Source: Lachnospiraceae bacterium (GTDB lineage: Bacteria > Bacillota > Clostridia > Lachnospirales > Lachnospiraceae). From it: a stretch of DNA of 64,000 nucleotides. Within the stretch, counting starts at the first letter, position 1; every line of letters begins with the position of its first letter. Under the pieces are notes generated by a model that searched no databases, had not been told where the DNA came from, and worked only from the letters and a program-made list of their open reading frames with translations. Where the stretch lies: the NCBI GenBank assembly GCA_024681595.1, contig JAILAN010000101.1, positions 1,976-65,975 of the forward strand. The letters are read 5' to 3'. Made by a program: the position numbers and the translations under genes. Positions 28,223 to 37,124 of this stretch are shown here, in pieces.

Positions 28223-29482
28223 ATGGCATTAAGTAAAAAACCTGTAACAGGAATGAAGGATATTCTGCCCAGAGAGATGGAGATACGTGATCATGTTATA
28301 CGTATCATAAAGGATACATATAAGAAATTCGGATTCACCGGAATCGAGACACCCTGCCTTGAGAATATCGAAAACCTCACGAATAAACAGGGAGGAGAAA
28401 ATGAAAAACTCATCTTCAAGGTTATGAAGCGGGGGGAAAAACTGGATATTCATAACGCAGAAAGTGAGAATGATCTGTGTGATCTGGGCCTTAGATATGA
28501 CCTGACTGTGCCGCTTGTAAGGTTTTATTCCAACAATATATCAACACTTCCAAGCCCCTTTAAGGCGTTGCAGATCGGGCCGTCTTTCCGTGCAGAGAGG
28601 CCTCAGAAAGGAAGATATCGCCAGTTTTACCAGTGCGATATCGATATACTTGGAGATCCGTCTAATCTGGCTGAGATAGAACTTATTACTGCAACCAGTA
28701 CGTGTCTTGTCAATCTTGGATTTAAAAAGTTTGAAGTAAGGATAAATGACAGACGTATCCTCCGTGCCATGGCATCCTATGCGGGTTTTGCTGAGGACAG
28801 CTTTGATGAAGTTTTTATAATTCTTGATAAGATGGACAAGATCGGACTTGACGGAGTTAAAGAAGAGTTGTCAGCTCACGGATTTGCCTCTGATGCCATA
28901 AACAGATATACAGATCTTTTTGAAGGACTTAAAAACAACGCAGCGGATGGACTTCGGTATATAGCAGGGGAACTGGGAGACAGCCTTGATGGTGCTATAG
29001 TAAACTGGCTTGATGAGATCATGAGCAGTGTAAATGCAACCAGGACCGGCGCGTTTGAAGTTGTTTTTGATCCGACCCTGGTTCGCGGAATGAGTTACTA
29101 TACCGGAACTATATTTGAAATAGCCATACCCGAATTTGGCGGAAGCTGCGGCGGAGGCGGCAGATATGACAAAATGGTGGGCAAGTTTACCGGACAGGAT
29201 ACACCTGCAGTAGGCTTTTCGATCGGATTTGAGAGAATAGTCATGCTGCTGCTTGAACAGGATTATCAAATACCCAATGAAGGCAGGAAAGTCGCTTTCC
29301 TTGTTGAAAAGAATATGAGCGCCGACAGGCTTGGCATGATCATGAAGGAAGCCTCCAATATGCGTAATGCCGGGGATATCGTTCTCGTATCCAGAATGAA
29401 CAAGAACAAAAAATTCCAGAAAGAGCAGTTGGAAAAGGAAGGATATAAAGAGTTTAAAGAATTTTACGTAGAATCACGATAG
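28223..29482 (+). CDS. hisS: Histidine--tRNA ligase (variant with the 'LRYDLTVP' motif 2 region)
   Basis: 'GMKDILP', 'LRYDLTVPLVRFY', 'FRAERPQKGRYRQFYQCDIDILG', 'GGGGRYDKMV', plus a C-terminal anticodon-binding-like domain. Confidence 0.85.
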   Translation: MALSKKPVTGMKDILPREMEIRDHVIRIIKDTYKKFGFTGIETPCLENIENLTNKQGGENEKLIFKVMKRGEKLDIHNAESENDLCDLGLRYDLTVPLVRFYSNNISTLPSPFKALQIGPSFRAERPQKGRYRQFYQCDIDILGDPSNLAEIELITATSTCLVNLGFKKFEVRINDRRILRAMASYAGFAEDSFDEVFIILDKMDKIGLDGVKEELSAHGFASDAINRYTDLFEGLKNNAADGLRYIAGELGDSLDGAIVNWLDEIMSSVNATRTGAFEVVFDPTLVRGMSYYTGTIFEIAIPEFGGSCGGGGRYDKMVGKFTGQDTPAVGFSIGFERIVMLLLEQDYQIPNEGRKVAFLVEKNMSADRLGMIMKEASNMRNAGDIVLVSRMNKNKKFQKEQLEKEGYKEFKEFYVESR

Positions 29483-29531
29483 ATTTAAGATACTTTAGTC
29501 AAAACCGCGCACCTGATATAACGAATCATGC

Positions 29532-29840
29532 TCATAGAGGAAAGAGTTCGAGTATAAATACTACCAGACAACAGATCACGGATACAGGGAACAATCCCAA
29601 TCCGGCCCAGGCAGATATGATTCCGAGAACCAAAGCAGCAATTCCGGCTATCGGAGAAGAAGTAGTTTCAAAAATTGCAGGGAATGTCATTACAGCCAGA
29701 GTAACATAAGGGACATAGTACAAAAAACTCTGGATAAAGTGATTCTTTATCTGCTTTCTGACAAGGGTTATGGGAATAACCCTTATTATATTTGTAGTTA
29801 ATATCATTATCAGAATGTATATCCATACGGAATGCTTCAT
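29532..29840 (-). CDS. azlD: Branched-chain amino acid exporter small subunit AzlD
   Basis: 102-aa, 3-4 TM protein directly downstream of the azlC-like gene. Confidence 0.75.
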   Translation of the reverse strand: MKHSVWIYILIMILTTNIIRVIPITLVRKQIKNHFIQSFLYYVPYVTLAVMTFPAIFETTSSPIAGIAALVLGIISAWAGLGLFPVSVICCLVVFILELFPL

Positions 29841-29863
29841 GTTATACCTCAGATCCGGTCAAG

Positions 29864-30592
29864 TTATGAATCCATTTCATCTGTGTTCGTAAGTACCGGC
29901 CGTATAATGGCCGCGATCGACGATATGACAATGGTCAGGATTATGGTAATGGTTCCTGAACTTAGATTTAATCGTTCAAAGATATCCAGTTTTCTGCACA
30001 TGTAGCTTAGCAGAAAGCTCACTATGACCGCGATACATACCGCCTTATCCTTTTTGGAGGGCGGTATTATTATTGCCAGGAACATACCATAAAGAGCAAC
30101 ACTTAATGCAGATACGGCTCTTGAAGGAAGTATGGAGCCGGCTATGATACCCATCATGGTGCCGCATGCCCACATCGGTGTAGATATGGAGGCCGCGCCA
30201 AAGGTATAATACGGATTTAGATAGCCGGGATATGCAATGGATATACCGAAGATCTCATCCGTTACGCAGCATCCTGTCAAAATGCGTTTTATAAAAGAAG
30301 TATCCGGTGAGAATTTCTGGCTTAAAGCCGTGCTCATGAGCAGATATCGCAGATTAGTGATAAGGCACATGACAATAACAGCCAGATATGAAGCATCCTG
30401 GACCACCATGGTATATACGCCGTATTCACCTGCTGAGGCTCTGGTAAAAAAACTTCCGATAAAACCCTGAAGCGGAGTCAGCATACATTTCTTGGCCATA
30501 AATCCCAGTGAAAAAGCCACTGCAAAATAGCCGAGGCCGATAGGAAGACCGTCTCTTAATCCCTGAACAAATGCTTTTTTGTTATTACTCAT
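29864..30592 (-). CDS. azlC: AzlC-family branched-chain amino acid exporter subunit
   Basis: 'FVQGLRDGLPIGLGYFAVAFSLGF' is a typical AzlC N-terminus. 242 aa, multi-TM. Confidence 0.8.
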   Translation of the reverse strand: MSNNKKAFVQGLRDGLPIGLGYFAVAFSLGFMAKKCMLTPLQGFIGSFFTRASAGEYGVYTMVVQDASYLAVIVMCLITNLRYLLMSTALSQKFSPDTSFIKRILTGCCVTDEIFGISIAYPGYLNPYYTFGAASISTPMWACGTMMGIIAGSILPSRAVSALSVALYGMFLAIIIPPSKKDKAVCIAVIVSFLLSYMCRKLDIFERLNLSSGTITIILTIVISSIAAIIRPVLTNTDEMDS

Positions 30593-30666
30593 ATGAAAAC
30601 CTCAAAACGTCTATATTATGCACTATTTTATGGAAAAAGTGAAGAAGATTTGATACAATTAAGCCT

Positions 30667-33513
30667 ATGGGGAATAAGGATATTATTAAAAAACGCTCAT
30701 CTGCTTTATTATTGTTCTTTATAATCTGCGCTTTATTTGTTTTTTCCTATTTTGTTTATTTTTTATGTACGGATGTTGTTGGCGACGAGATAATAAATGA
30801 AGATTCCGTGGTCATGTCTTTCTGGACATATGAAGATGACCTTGGGAATAATGAAAAGGTCGAATTTGAAAAAAAGTATTCATTTGGACAGAAGGATTCG
30901 TTTACCATAAACAGTGTCATTCCCAAAGTTCCTTCCGATAATTCGATTATATGTTTTCTGACGATGAATGACACCGAAGTTTATATAGACGGAAAAATGA
31001 GAAATGATCTTGTTATTGACAGGGACGTTCATATTATCGGAGGACCGGTGAAGAACTTTTATTTTGTTGCTCCGATAAACAGATCCGATTCCGGCAAAAC
31101 GGTTTCCATTGTCCGTCATCGGGGCAAAGGCGTAAAAAACTCGATCTGGACCCATGAAGTCATGCTTGGACCGGCTTCTGACATTTACAGACATCTGTAC
31201 AATGAATACGGCTCGTCATTTATGCTGGATTCAATGATACTTCAGGCATCTATTCTTATAATCCTTGCCGGCTTTACGCTGCAACTGAGGTTAAAACAGC
31301 CGGTAAACATGATACATGCCGGTGTTGCCGTTTTCATGACATCAGCATGGATCCTGACGGATTCTTATTTCTTTCCTTTTGTTTTCGGACATAACTATAT
31401 AGATGGACCATTGTCATATTTCCTGTGCCTGCTGGTCCCTGTTCCGTACATAGTATATCTTTCTTCGTTGCAGAAAGGCAGAAGAGCATCTGTCTTTCAG
31501 ATCAGTCAGTTGTTAATTCTCATAAATTTTGTGGTTCTTACGATCCTTCATCTTACTGGGATACTGCGTTTTTGTGATGCACTTGTCTTTATAGATTCGG
31601 TACTGGTTTTATTTACGGCAGTCGGAGTTGCTGTCATCATCCTGGACTTCAGGCAGGGACACATCAGATCATATAAGTATACTGCGATAGGTCTTCTGGG
31701 CTTTATGGTTTTCTCTTTTGCTGAGATCGTTATCATTTTGATGCCTGACCTCGTAAACACCGGTGGAATGACGCTTTTTGGACTGCTGTTTTTCCTTGTT
31801 TTTGCTGTAGGACAGCAGTATGAGGATTTAAGAGAGGCCGATCTTGAAAGACGCCGCGCAGTCGAACTGTCCGATGCCAAGTCCAATTTCCTGGCCAGCA
31901 TGTCTCATGAAATCCGAACTCCTATAAACTCGATCCTGGGAATGAATGAGATGATACTCAGGGAAAATGCTGATCCGAGGATAGATTCGTATGCCAGAAC
32001 TGTTAAAACATCCGGCAAGATGCTTTTGTCACTGGTCAATGATATTCTGGATTTTTCAAAGATAGAAGCCGGTAAACTGGAGGTAACCAACGCAGATTAT
32101 GATCTGGCTGCTCTGCTTTGCGATATAAGCTCGATCGTGGGTGAAAGAGCCGGTCAAAAGGATCTTAAATATGATCTGCAGATATCTGATGATATACCCT
32201 CCGTGCTTTACTGTGATGAGTTCAGAATAAAACAGATCCTTCTCAATCTTCTCAGTAATGCTGTTAAGTATACTGATAGTGGAAGCGTTACTTTAAAAGT
32301 AGGAGGTCGGTACTCTTCAGATGAAGTTTTTGAACTTCGATTCGATGTCGAAGACACTGGCCGCGGAATACGCAAGGAAGATATGGATCATCTTTTTGAT
32401 GCATTTTCGAGGATAGACATTAAAACCAACAGAAATATTGAAGGAACAGGGCTGGGTCTGGCTATAGTAAAGAGCATAGTTGATTCACTCAACGGGCAGA
32501 TAAGTGTCGTTTCCGAATATCAGAAAGGCTCGACATTTACTGTTACGATTCCGCAGAAGGTAGTTGACAGATCCCTGATCAACAAAGCCATGCCGGTCGC
32601 AGACCGCAAAGAAGAAAAGCATGAATGTGATTACAGAGCGCCTGAAGCTAATGTGCTGGCTGTTGATGATAATGTTCCAAATCTTAGTATAGTCAGAGAG
32701 TTTCTTAGAGATACCGAAGTGAATCTCGATACATGCACCAACGGACTGGATGCATTGGAAAAATGTAAGGAAAAGAAATACGATCTTATCCTGCTCGATC
32801 ATATGATGCCTGAACCTGACGGTATCATAACCCTGAAGATAATACGCAAGAACCCTCTGTCGCTTAATGTTGATACCAAAGCGATCGTTTTAACTGCCAA
32901 TGCTGTGGCCGGAAGCAGACAGATGTATATTGATGCCGGATTTATAGATTATCTGACTAAACCGGTAGATGCAACTATACTCGAAGCGACTGTGAAAAAA
33001 CATCTTCCTGGAGACAAGATAATTCCCATTATCAATAAATACGAGGAAACAGTACAGAAAAACAGCCCGAATTCGGGGTATGAAGAATTCGATGACGGCA
33101 GGATGGAGTTTTCTGCCATGGGTTCTGATGAAGGTACAACTGTTACAAAAACAAGCAGGCTTGATCAACTGACCGAGATCGACTATGAAACTGCGATGAA
33201 ACACTGCGCGGGGCGAGATGATATTCTGGTAAAAGTAGTGAACGATATAGTTATAGATTCTTCCGATCGCATAGACCTGCTAAGGTGTGCTGCAGCCGAT
33301 AAGGATTATGATGCCTACAGGATCGGTGTTCATTCGATAAAAGGGACCATGGCTACTATCGGTGCTAATGATATCAGCGCTAAAGCCAAACAACATGAGT
33401 TTGCCGTTAAAGAAGAAAACTTTGATTTTGTTGATGCAAACTACGAATCTTTTCTTAATGAATATGAAGAACTGTGCAGAAAACTCGGTGATGCTATTAA
33501 GAGCGATAGTTGA
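30667..33513 (+). CDS. Hybrid sensor kinase: extracytoplasmic domain + 7 TM (7TMR-DISM-like) + HisKA + HATPase + REC + HPt
   Basis: H-box 'SHEIRTPINSILG', 'LLNLLSNAVKYT', 'GTGLGLAIV', REC 'VLAVDDNVPN...LILLDHMMPEPDG', and C-terminal HPt 'HSIKGTMATIGA'. Confidence 0.9.
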   Translation: MGNKDIIKKRSSALLLFFIICALFVFSYFVYFLCTDVVGDEIINEDSVVMSFWTYEDDLGNNEKVEFEKKYSFGQKDSFTINSVIPKVPSDNSIICFLTMNDTEVYIDGKMRNDLVIDRDVHIIGGPVKNFYFVAPINRSDSGKTVSIVRHRGKGVKNSIWTHEVMLGPASDIYRHLYNEYGSSFMLDSMILQASILIILAGFTLQLRLKQPVNMIHAGVAVFMTSAWILTDSYFFPFVFGHNYIDGPLSYFLCLLVPVPYIVYLSSLQKGRRASVFQISQLLILINFVVLTILHLTGILRFCDALVFIDSVLVLFTAVGVAVIILDFRQGHIRSYKYTAIGLLGFMVFSFAEIVIILMPDLVNTGGMTLFGLLFFLVFAVGQQYEDLREADLERRRAVELSDAKSNFLASMSHEIRTPINSILGMNEMILRENADPRIDSYARTVKTSGKMLLSLVNDILDFSKIEAGKLEVTNADYDLAALLCDISSIVGERAGQKDLKYDLQISDDIPSVLYCDEFRIKQILLNLLSNAVKYTDSGSVTLKVGGRYSSDEVFELRFDVEDTGRGIRKEDMDHLFDAFSRIDIKTNRNIEGTGLGLAIVKSIVDSLNGQISVVSEYQKGSTFTVTIPQKVVDRSLINKAMPVADRKEEKHECDYRAPEANVLAVDDNVPNLSIVREFLRDTEVNLDTCTNGLDALEKCKEKKYDLILLDHMMPEPDGIITLKIIRKNPLSLNVDTKAIVLTANAVAGSRQMYIDAGFIDYLTKPVDATILEATVKKHLPGDKIIPIINKYEETVQKNSPNSGYEEFDDGRMEFSAMGSDEGTTVTKTSRLDQLTEIDYETAMKHCAGRDDILVKVVNDIVIDSSDRIDLLRCAAADKDYDAYRIGVHSIKGTMATIGANDISAKAKQHEFAVKEENFDFVDANYESFLNEYEELCRKLGDAIKSDS

Positions 33514-33582
33514 CTTGACTGAGTATTTGTGTATACTTTCACTAAAGGAATCCGAGATTCAAAACTTTTTAAGGAGCATAAT

Positions 33583-34665
33583 ATGACACAGGAGAAAGCT
33601 TCAAAAAACGGTTTTAAAGAATTTCTGGCCAGGAAGAACGTCGTTATTTCCGCCCGACGTTACTTTATAGATGCTATGGGGGCAATGGCAAGCGGCTTAT
33701 TTGCCTCGTTGCTGGTTGGGACCATAATTTCCACCATTGGAACACAGACAGGATTTCAGCCGCTTATTGATATAGGTAATTTTGCAAAAGGAGTTGCGGG
33801 ACCTGCAATGGCAGTTGCAATAGCCTATGCCCTGCAGTCACCTCCGCTGGTCCTGTTTTCATTGCTTGCTGTCGGCAGCGCAGCCAATACCCTTGGAGGT
33901 GCCGGAGGACCGCTGGCTGTATTTTTTATAGCGATAATAGCTGCGGAGACCGGTAAGATGGTCTCCAAAGAGACTAAGATCGATATTCTGGTCACACCGC
34001 TGGTCACGATATGTGTCGGTGTGCTGCTTTCTATGTTGTTCGCTCCAGGGATCGGGTCTGCGGCCAGTCTTATAGGCAAGCTGATCATGTGGGCTACGGA
34101 ATTACATCCTTTCCTTATGGGAATCATAGTATCTGTGACAGTAGGAATGGTATTGACGCTGCCTATCAGTTCAGCAGCCATATGTGCAGCGTTGGGATTG
34201 ACAGGACTTGCCGGAGGGGCAGCCGTTGCAGGATGCTCGGCACAGATGATCGGATTCGCTGTAATGAGTTATAAGGAAAACAAAGCAGGGGGACTGGTTT
34301 CCCAGGGACTGGGAACCAGTATGCTTCAGATGGGAAATATAATCCGAAATCCCAGGATATGGATTCCACCTATTCTTGCTTCGGCTATCACGGGCCCTAT
34401 AGCCACTTGCGTTTTTGGTATGAGAATGGATGGAGAGGCCATAGCATCAGGAATGGGTACATGCGGCCTGGTCGGACAGATTGGTGTTTATACCGGATGG
34501 ATAAATGATATTGCAGAAGGAACACGCGGAGCGATCACGGCATTTGACTGGATAGGACTGATCATGATATGTTTTATACTTCCCGCACTCCTTACGTGGA
34601 TATTCGGACAGTTAATGCGTAAAGCCGGTATGATCAAAGAAAATGACCTTAAACTTGATATCTGA
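33583..34665 (+). CDS. PTS EIIC-like membrane protein (PTS_EIIC_2 type), orphan
   Basis: About 360 aa, Gly/Ala-rich and multi-TM, with 'GTSMLQMGNIIRNPRIWIPPILASAITGP'. AAGGAG RBS before the ATG at 33583. No EIIA/EIIB/HPr genes nearby. Confidence 0.55.
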   Translation: MTQEKASKNGFKEFLARKNVVISARRYFIDAMGAMASGLFASLLVGTIISTIGTQTGFQPLIDIGNFAKGVAGPAMAVAIAYALQSPPLVLFSLLAVGSAANTLGGAGGPLAVFFIAIIAAETGKMVSKETKIDILVTPLVTICVGVLLSMLFAPGIGSAASLIGKLIMWATELHPFLMGIIVSVTVGMVLTLPISSAAICAALGLTGLAGGAAVAGCSAQMIGFAVMSYKENKAGGLVSQGLGTSMLQMGNIIRNPRIWIPPILASAITGPIATCVFGMRMDGEAIASGMGTCGLVGQIGVYTGWINDIAEGTRGAITAFDWIGLIMICFILPALLTWIFGQLMRKAGMIKENDLKLDI

Positions 34666-34726
34666 TCCCTGATTCGGGTCTGTCGGAGATTCTGATCTTA
34701 AATGAACAAAAGATAATATTCAGAAA

Positions 34727-34758
34727 ACAGAGCTTTATACATGAAGCTCTGTTTTTTT
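34727..34758 (+). terminator. Rho-independent terminator
   Basis: ACAGAGCTT / AAGCTCTGT stem followed by TTTTTTT. Confidence 0.85.
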
Positions 34759-35204
34759 ATAGACCCATTTTACAAAAGTGTTTTCACATGTGCAAACCTG
34801 AATCTGCTTAATCTGAGAAATTTCTCTCTGAGCCACCGGGATCTGATATTTTCGCGTTTTCGCTGTACGAATTTCCTGTTTTGAGTCTTTATGAACAGCG
34901 GAATCGTTCTTTTTTCTTTTTCCGGTGTAGGAAATACAAATTTATGGCTAAATTTTGACATCGGATTCTGAGATTTAATGATTTTCGCTGTTTTCAGGCT
35001 TTAAATGGCTCGCCTCAATACGCTCTTACACACAATTCTGACTGGAATTACCCGGTCGCCGGCTGGAATTACCAAATTTCTCGGTCATGTGCAACACAAA
35101 TGTGAAAAGAGAGTTTTAATATTTTAAAAATAATATATTGACATGATACAATACTATATGATATATAATATTACATCAGACAAATATATTGAAAGGAGTA
35201 TAGT

Positions 35205-35558
35205 ATGACTTATCAGTTAACAGCACCGTTACTTGATGCGTGTGTACTCGGTATCGTCAGACATGAAGACTCATACGGATATACCCTTACTCAGAAGGCC
35301 AGACAGATAGTTGATATTTCGGAATCAACGCTTTATCCGGTTCTTCGACGCCTTCAGAAATCAGGTTATCTGACAACATATGATGAGCCTTATCAGGGAA
35401 GGAACCGCAGATATTACACCATCACCGATTCAGGCAGAAATATCCTGTCATATTATGAGAAAGAATGGATCATCTATAAGACAAAGATAGACGAACTGAT
35501 CAGCGATTCCGAAACGGTACCGCTTCTTGAAGAGGGAGGATCAGATGAACAGGAATGA
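35205..35558 (+). CDS. PadR-family transcriptional regulator
   Basis: 'YGYTLTQKA...STLYPVLRRLQKSGYLTTYDEPYQGRNRRYYTIT' is a winged-helix PadR signature. Confidence 0.9.
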   Translation: MTYQLTAPLLDACVLGIVRHEDSYGYTLTQKARQIVDISESTLYPVLRRLQKSGYLTTYDEPYQGRNRRYYTITDSGRNILSYYEKEWIIYKTKIDELISDSETVPLLEEGGSDEQE

Positions 35559-36129
35559 ATTTTTAAAGGAACTGGAAAAGCGACTGCTGTATATTCCCAC
35601 GGAGGACAGACAGGATGCGCTGGAGTACTATGATGAATATATAAAGGATATGGGACTTGGCGAAGAAGAAGATGTTATTGCCAAATTAGGAACTCCCAAA
35701 GATGTCGCTAGGAATATCATTGATGATTGTACACAGAAGCATATCGAGCAGACTAAAGAAAATAAAACCTTCAAGGGGAAAGCAACGGTAATCTGGTTAT
35801 CTTTATTGGGCATATTATCACTTCCGCTGTCGCTACCTCTGGGAATTGCGATCCTGGCTCTTGCCATTGCATTTGTGATAACTGTACTTGCTATCTGTTT
35901 TGCATTATTTGTTTCTTCTCTGGCCTGTACAATTTCCGGGGTGGTCATATTTGTTTTTTCATTTTTTGTACCGGGCATCGGACAGAAGGTGCTGACTTTA
36001 GGTGCAGGATTGGCTCTTGCAGGACTTGGATTACTGCTTGGCCTTCTCATTATTACAATTGTCAGAAGTGTACTGAACAGGATTTTCAGAAGGAATAGAA
36101 TTGCTAAGGAGGAAATGATAAATGAATAA
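35545..36129 (+). CDS. DUF1700-type membrane protein (PadR-associated)
   Basis: 'MNRNEFLKELEKRLLYIPTEDRQDALEYYDEYI' is the typical DUF1700 start, followed by C-terminal TM segments. GGAGG RBS upstream. Overlaps the padR end. Confidence 0.8.
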   Translation: MNRNEFLKELEKRLLYIPTEDRQDALEYYDEYIKDMGLGEEEDVIAKLGTPKDVARNIIDDCTQKHIEQTKENKTFKGKATVIWLSLLGILSLPLSLPLGIAILALAIAFVITVLAICFALFVSSLACTISGVVIFVFSFFVPGIGQKVLTLGAGLALAGLGLLLGLLIITIVRSVLNRIFRRNRIAKEEMINE

Positions 36130-37021
36130 GTGGAAAATAGGAGTTGTGTTAGCCGGAGTTGTAATGCTGGTTTTGGGTATCCTCCTTTTTGTGTTTGGCC
36201 TTTCTCTGGGAGCATCTCCGGTCGTGGCTGTCGGCAAGAACGGAAGAAATACGGCTGACCGTAAACTGATAACCGGTTCAGTTGATATAACAGAATTTAA
36301 CAGCCTGAATGTGGATGTGAGTTCCATGGAGGTTGAATTCAAAACGGGAGATAAATATGCTTTTGAATACACAGTATATGATGATGATGTTCCGGATGTA
36401 AAGCAAAACGGACAGGAATTAACCATCAAACAGCCTGATCACAGTTTTTTTATTATGGTGGATTTCAGGGGCATTAATGATCATGAAAAAGAAAAATATA
36501 TTATCACCGTTCCTAAAAACGATAAATCGTACGAGTTGGATTATCGGGCATCTTCAGGATCTTTGAAAGTTGAAGATATCAATATTTCAGGTAATGTTGA
36601 GATCACATCGGGTGACGTATATTTTAATGGTACAGCCGGTGATGATCTGACATTTAAAGCAAGCTCCGGAGATATGAACTTATCCGGATCAAATATCAGC
36701 AGATTTAAATCAATAATAACATCGGGCAGTATCAATGCCGATAACTGTGAATTTGACGACATTAATACCAAGATGACAAGCGGAGAGATGAACATAACCA
36801 ATAGTAAGTGTAACACGGCATTTTTTGATATGACGTCAGGAGATGTAAATCTTCAGCTTATCGGAAGTGAAGATGATTACTCATATGATTTTGATATGAC
36901 ATCAGGTGAGGTCAAACTGGCCGATGTTGAGTTTGACGGAGATTACAGAAAAGACAATAATACCGGCAAAGAGATCAAAATCCGTATGACCAGTGGATCC
37001 GCAGTGATCGATTTTAAATAG
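36122..37021 (+). CDS. DUF4097 ('Toastrack') beta-repeat protein with an N-terminal TM anchor
   Basis: Repeated 'TSGD/SSGD/TSGE-(V/M)N' beta-strand motifs. Third member of the PadR-DUF1700-DUF4097 trio. Confidence 0.8.
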   Translation: MNKWKIGVVLAGVVMLVLGILLFVFGLSLGASPVVAVGKNGRNTADRKLITGSVDITEFNSLNVDVSSMEVEFKTGDKYAFEYTVYDDDVPDVKQNGQELTIKQPDHSFFIMVDFRGINDHEKEKYIITVPKNDKSYELDYRASSGSLKVEDINISGNVEITSGDVYFNGTAGDDLTFKASSGDMNLSGSNISRFKSIITSGSINADNCEFDDINTKMTSGEMNITNSKCNTAFFDMTSGDVNLQLIGSEDDYSYDFDMTSGEVKLADVEFDGDYRKDNNTGKEIKIRMTSGSAVIDFK

Positions 37022-37053
37022 GCGTACGGTATACAGTTGGAAAAAAGCATAAA

Positions 37054-37090
37054 AGATAGTATCATCTAAAGGTGATACTGTCTTTTTTTG
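37054..37090 (+). terminator. Rho-independent terminator
   Basis: AGATAGTATCA / TGATACTGTCT stem (one G-U pair) followed by TTTTTTT. Confidence 0.8.
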
Positions 37091-37124
37091 CGGATTTTTC
37101 GTTCAAAAACAAGAAAGGATAATC

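Noticed and set aside
34770-34961. 63-aa very basic minus-strand ORF in the gene-free island
   Set aside because: It has no RBS, an Arg/Lys/Phe-rich low-complexity translation, and begins just past the upstream terminator. I treated the region as non-coding (see the finding at 34781-35109).
35628-36215. 195-aa minus-strand ORF opposite the DUF1700 gene
   Set aside because: Shadow ORF of a TM-rich gene. The plus-strand gene has the canonical DUF1700 N-terminus and fits the PadR trio.
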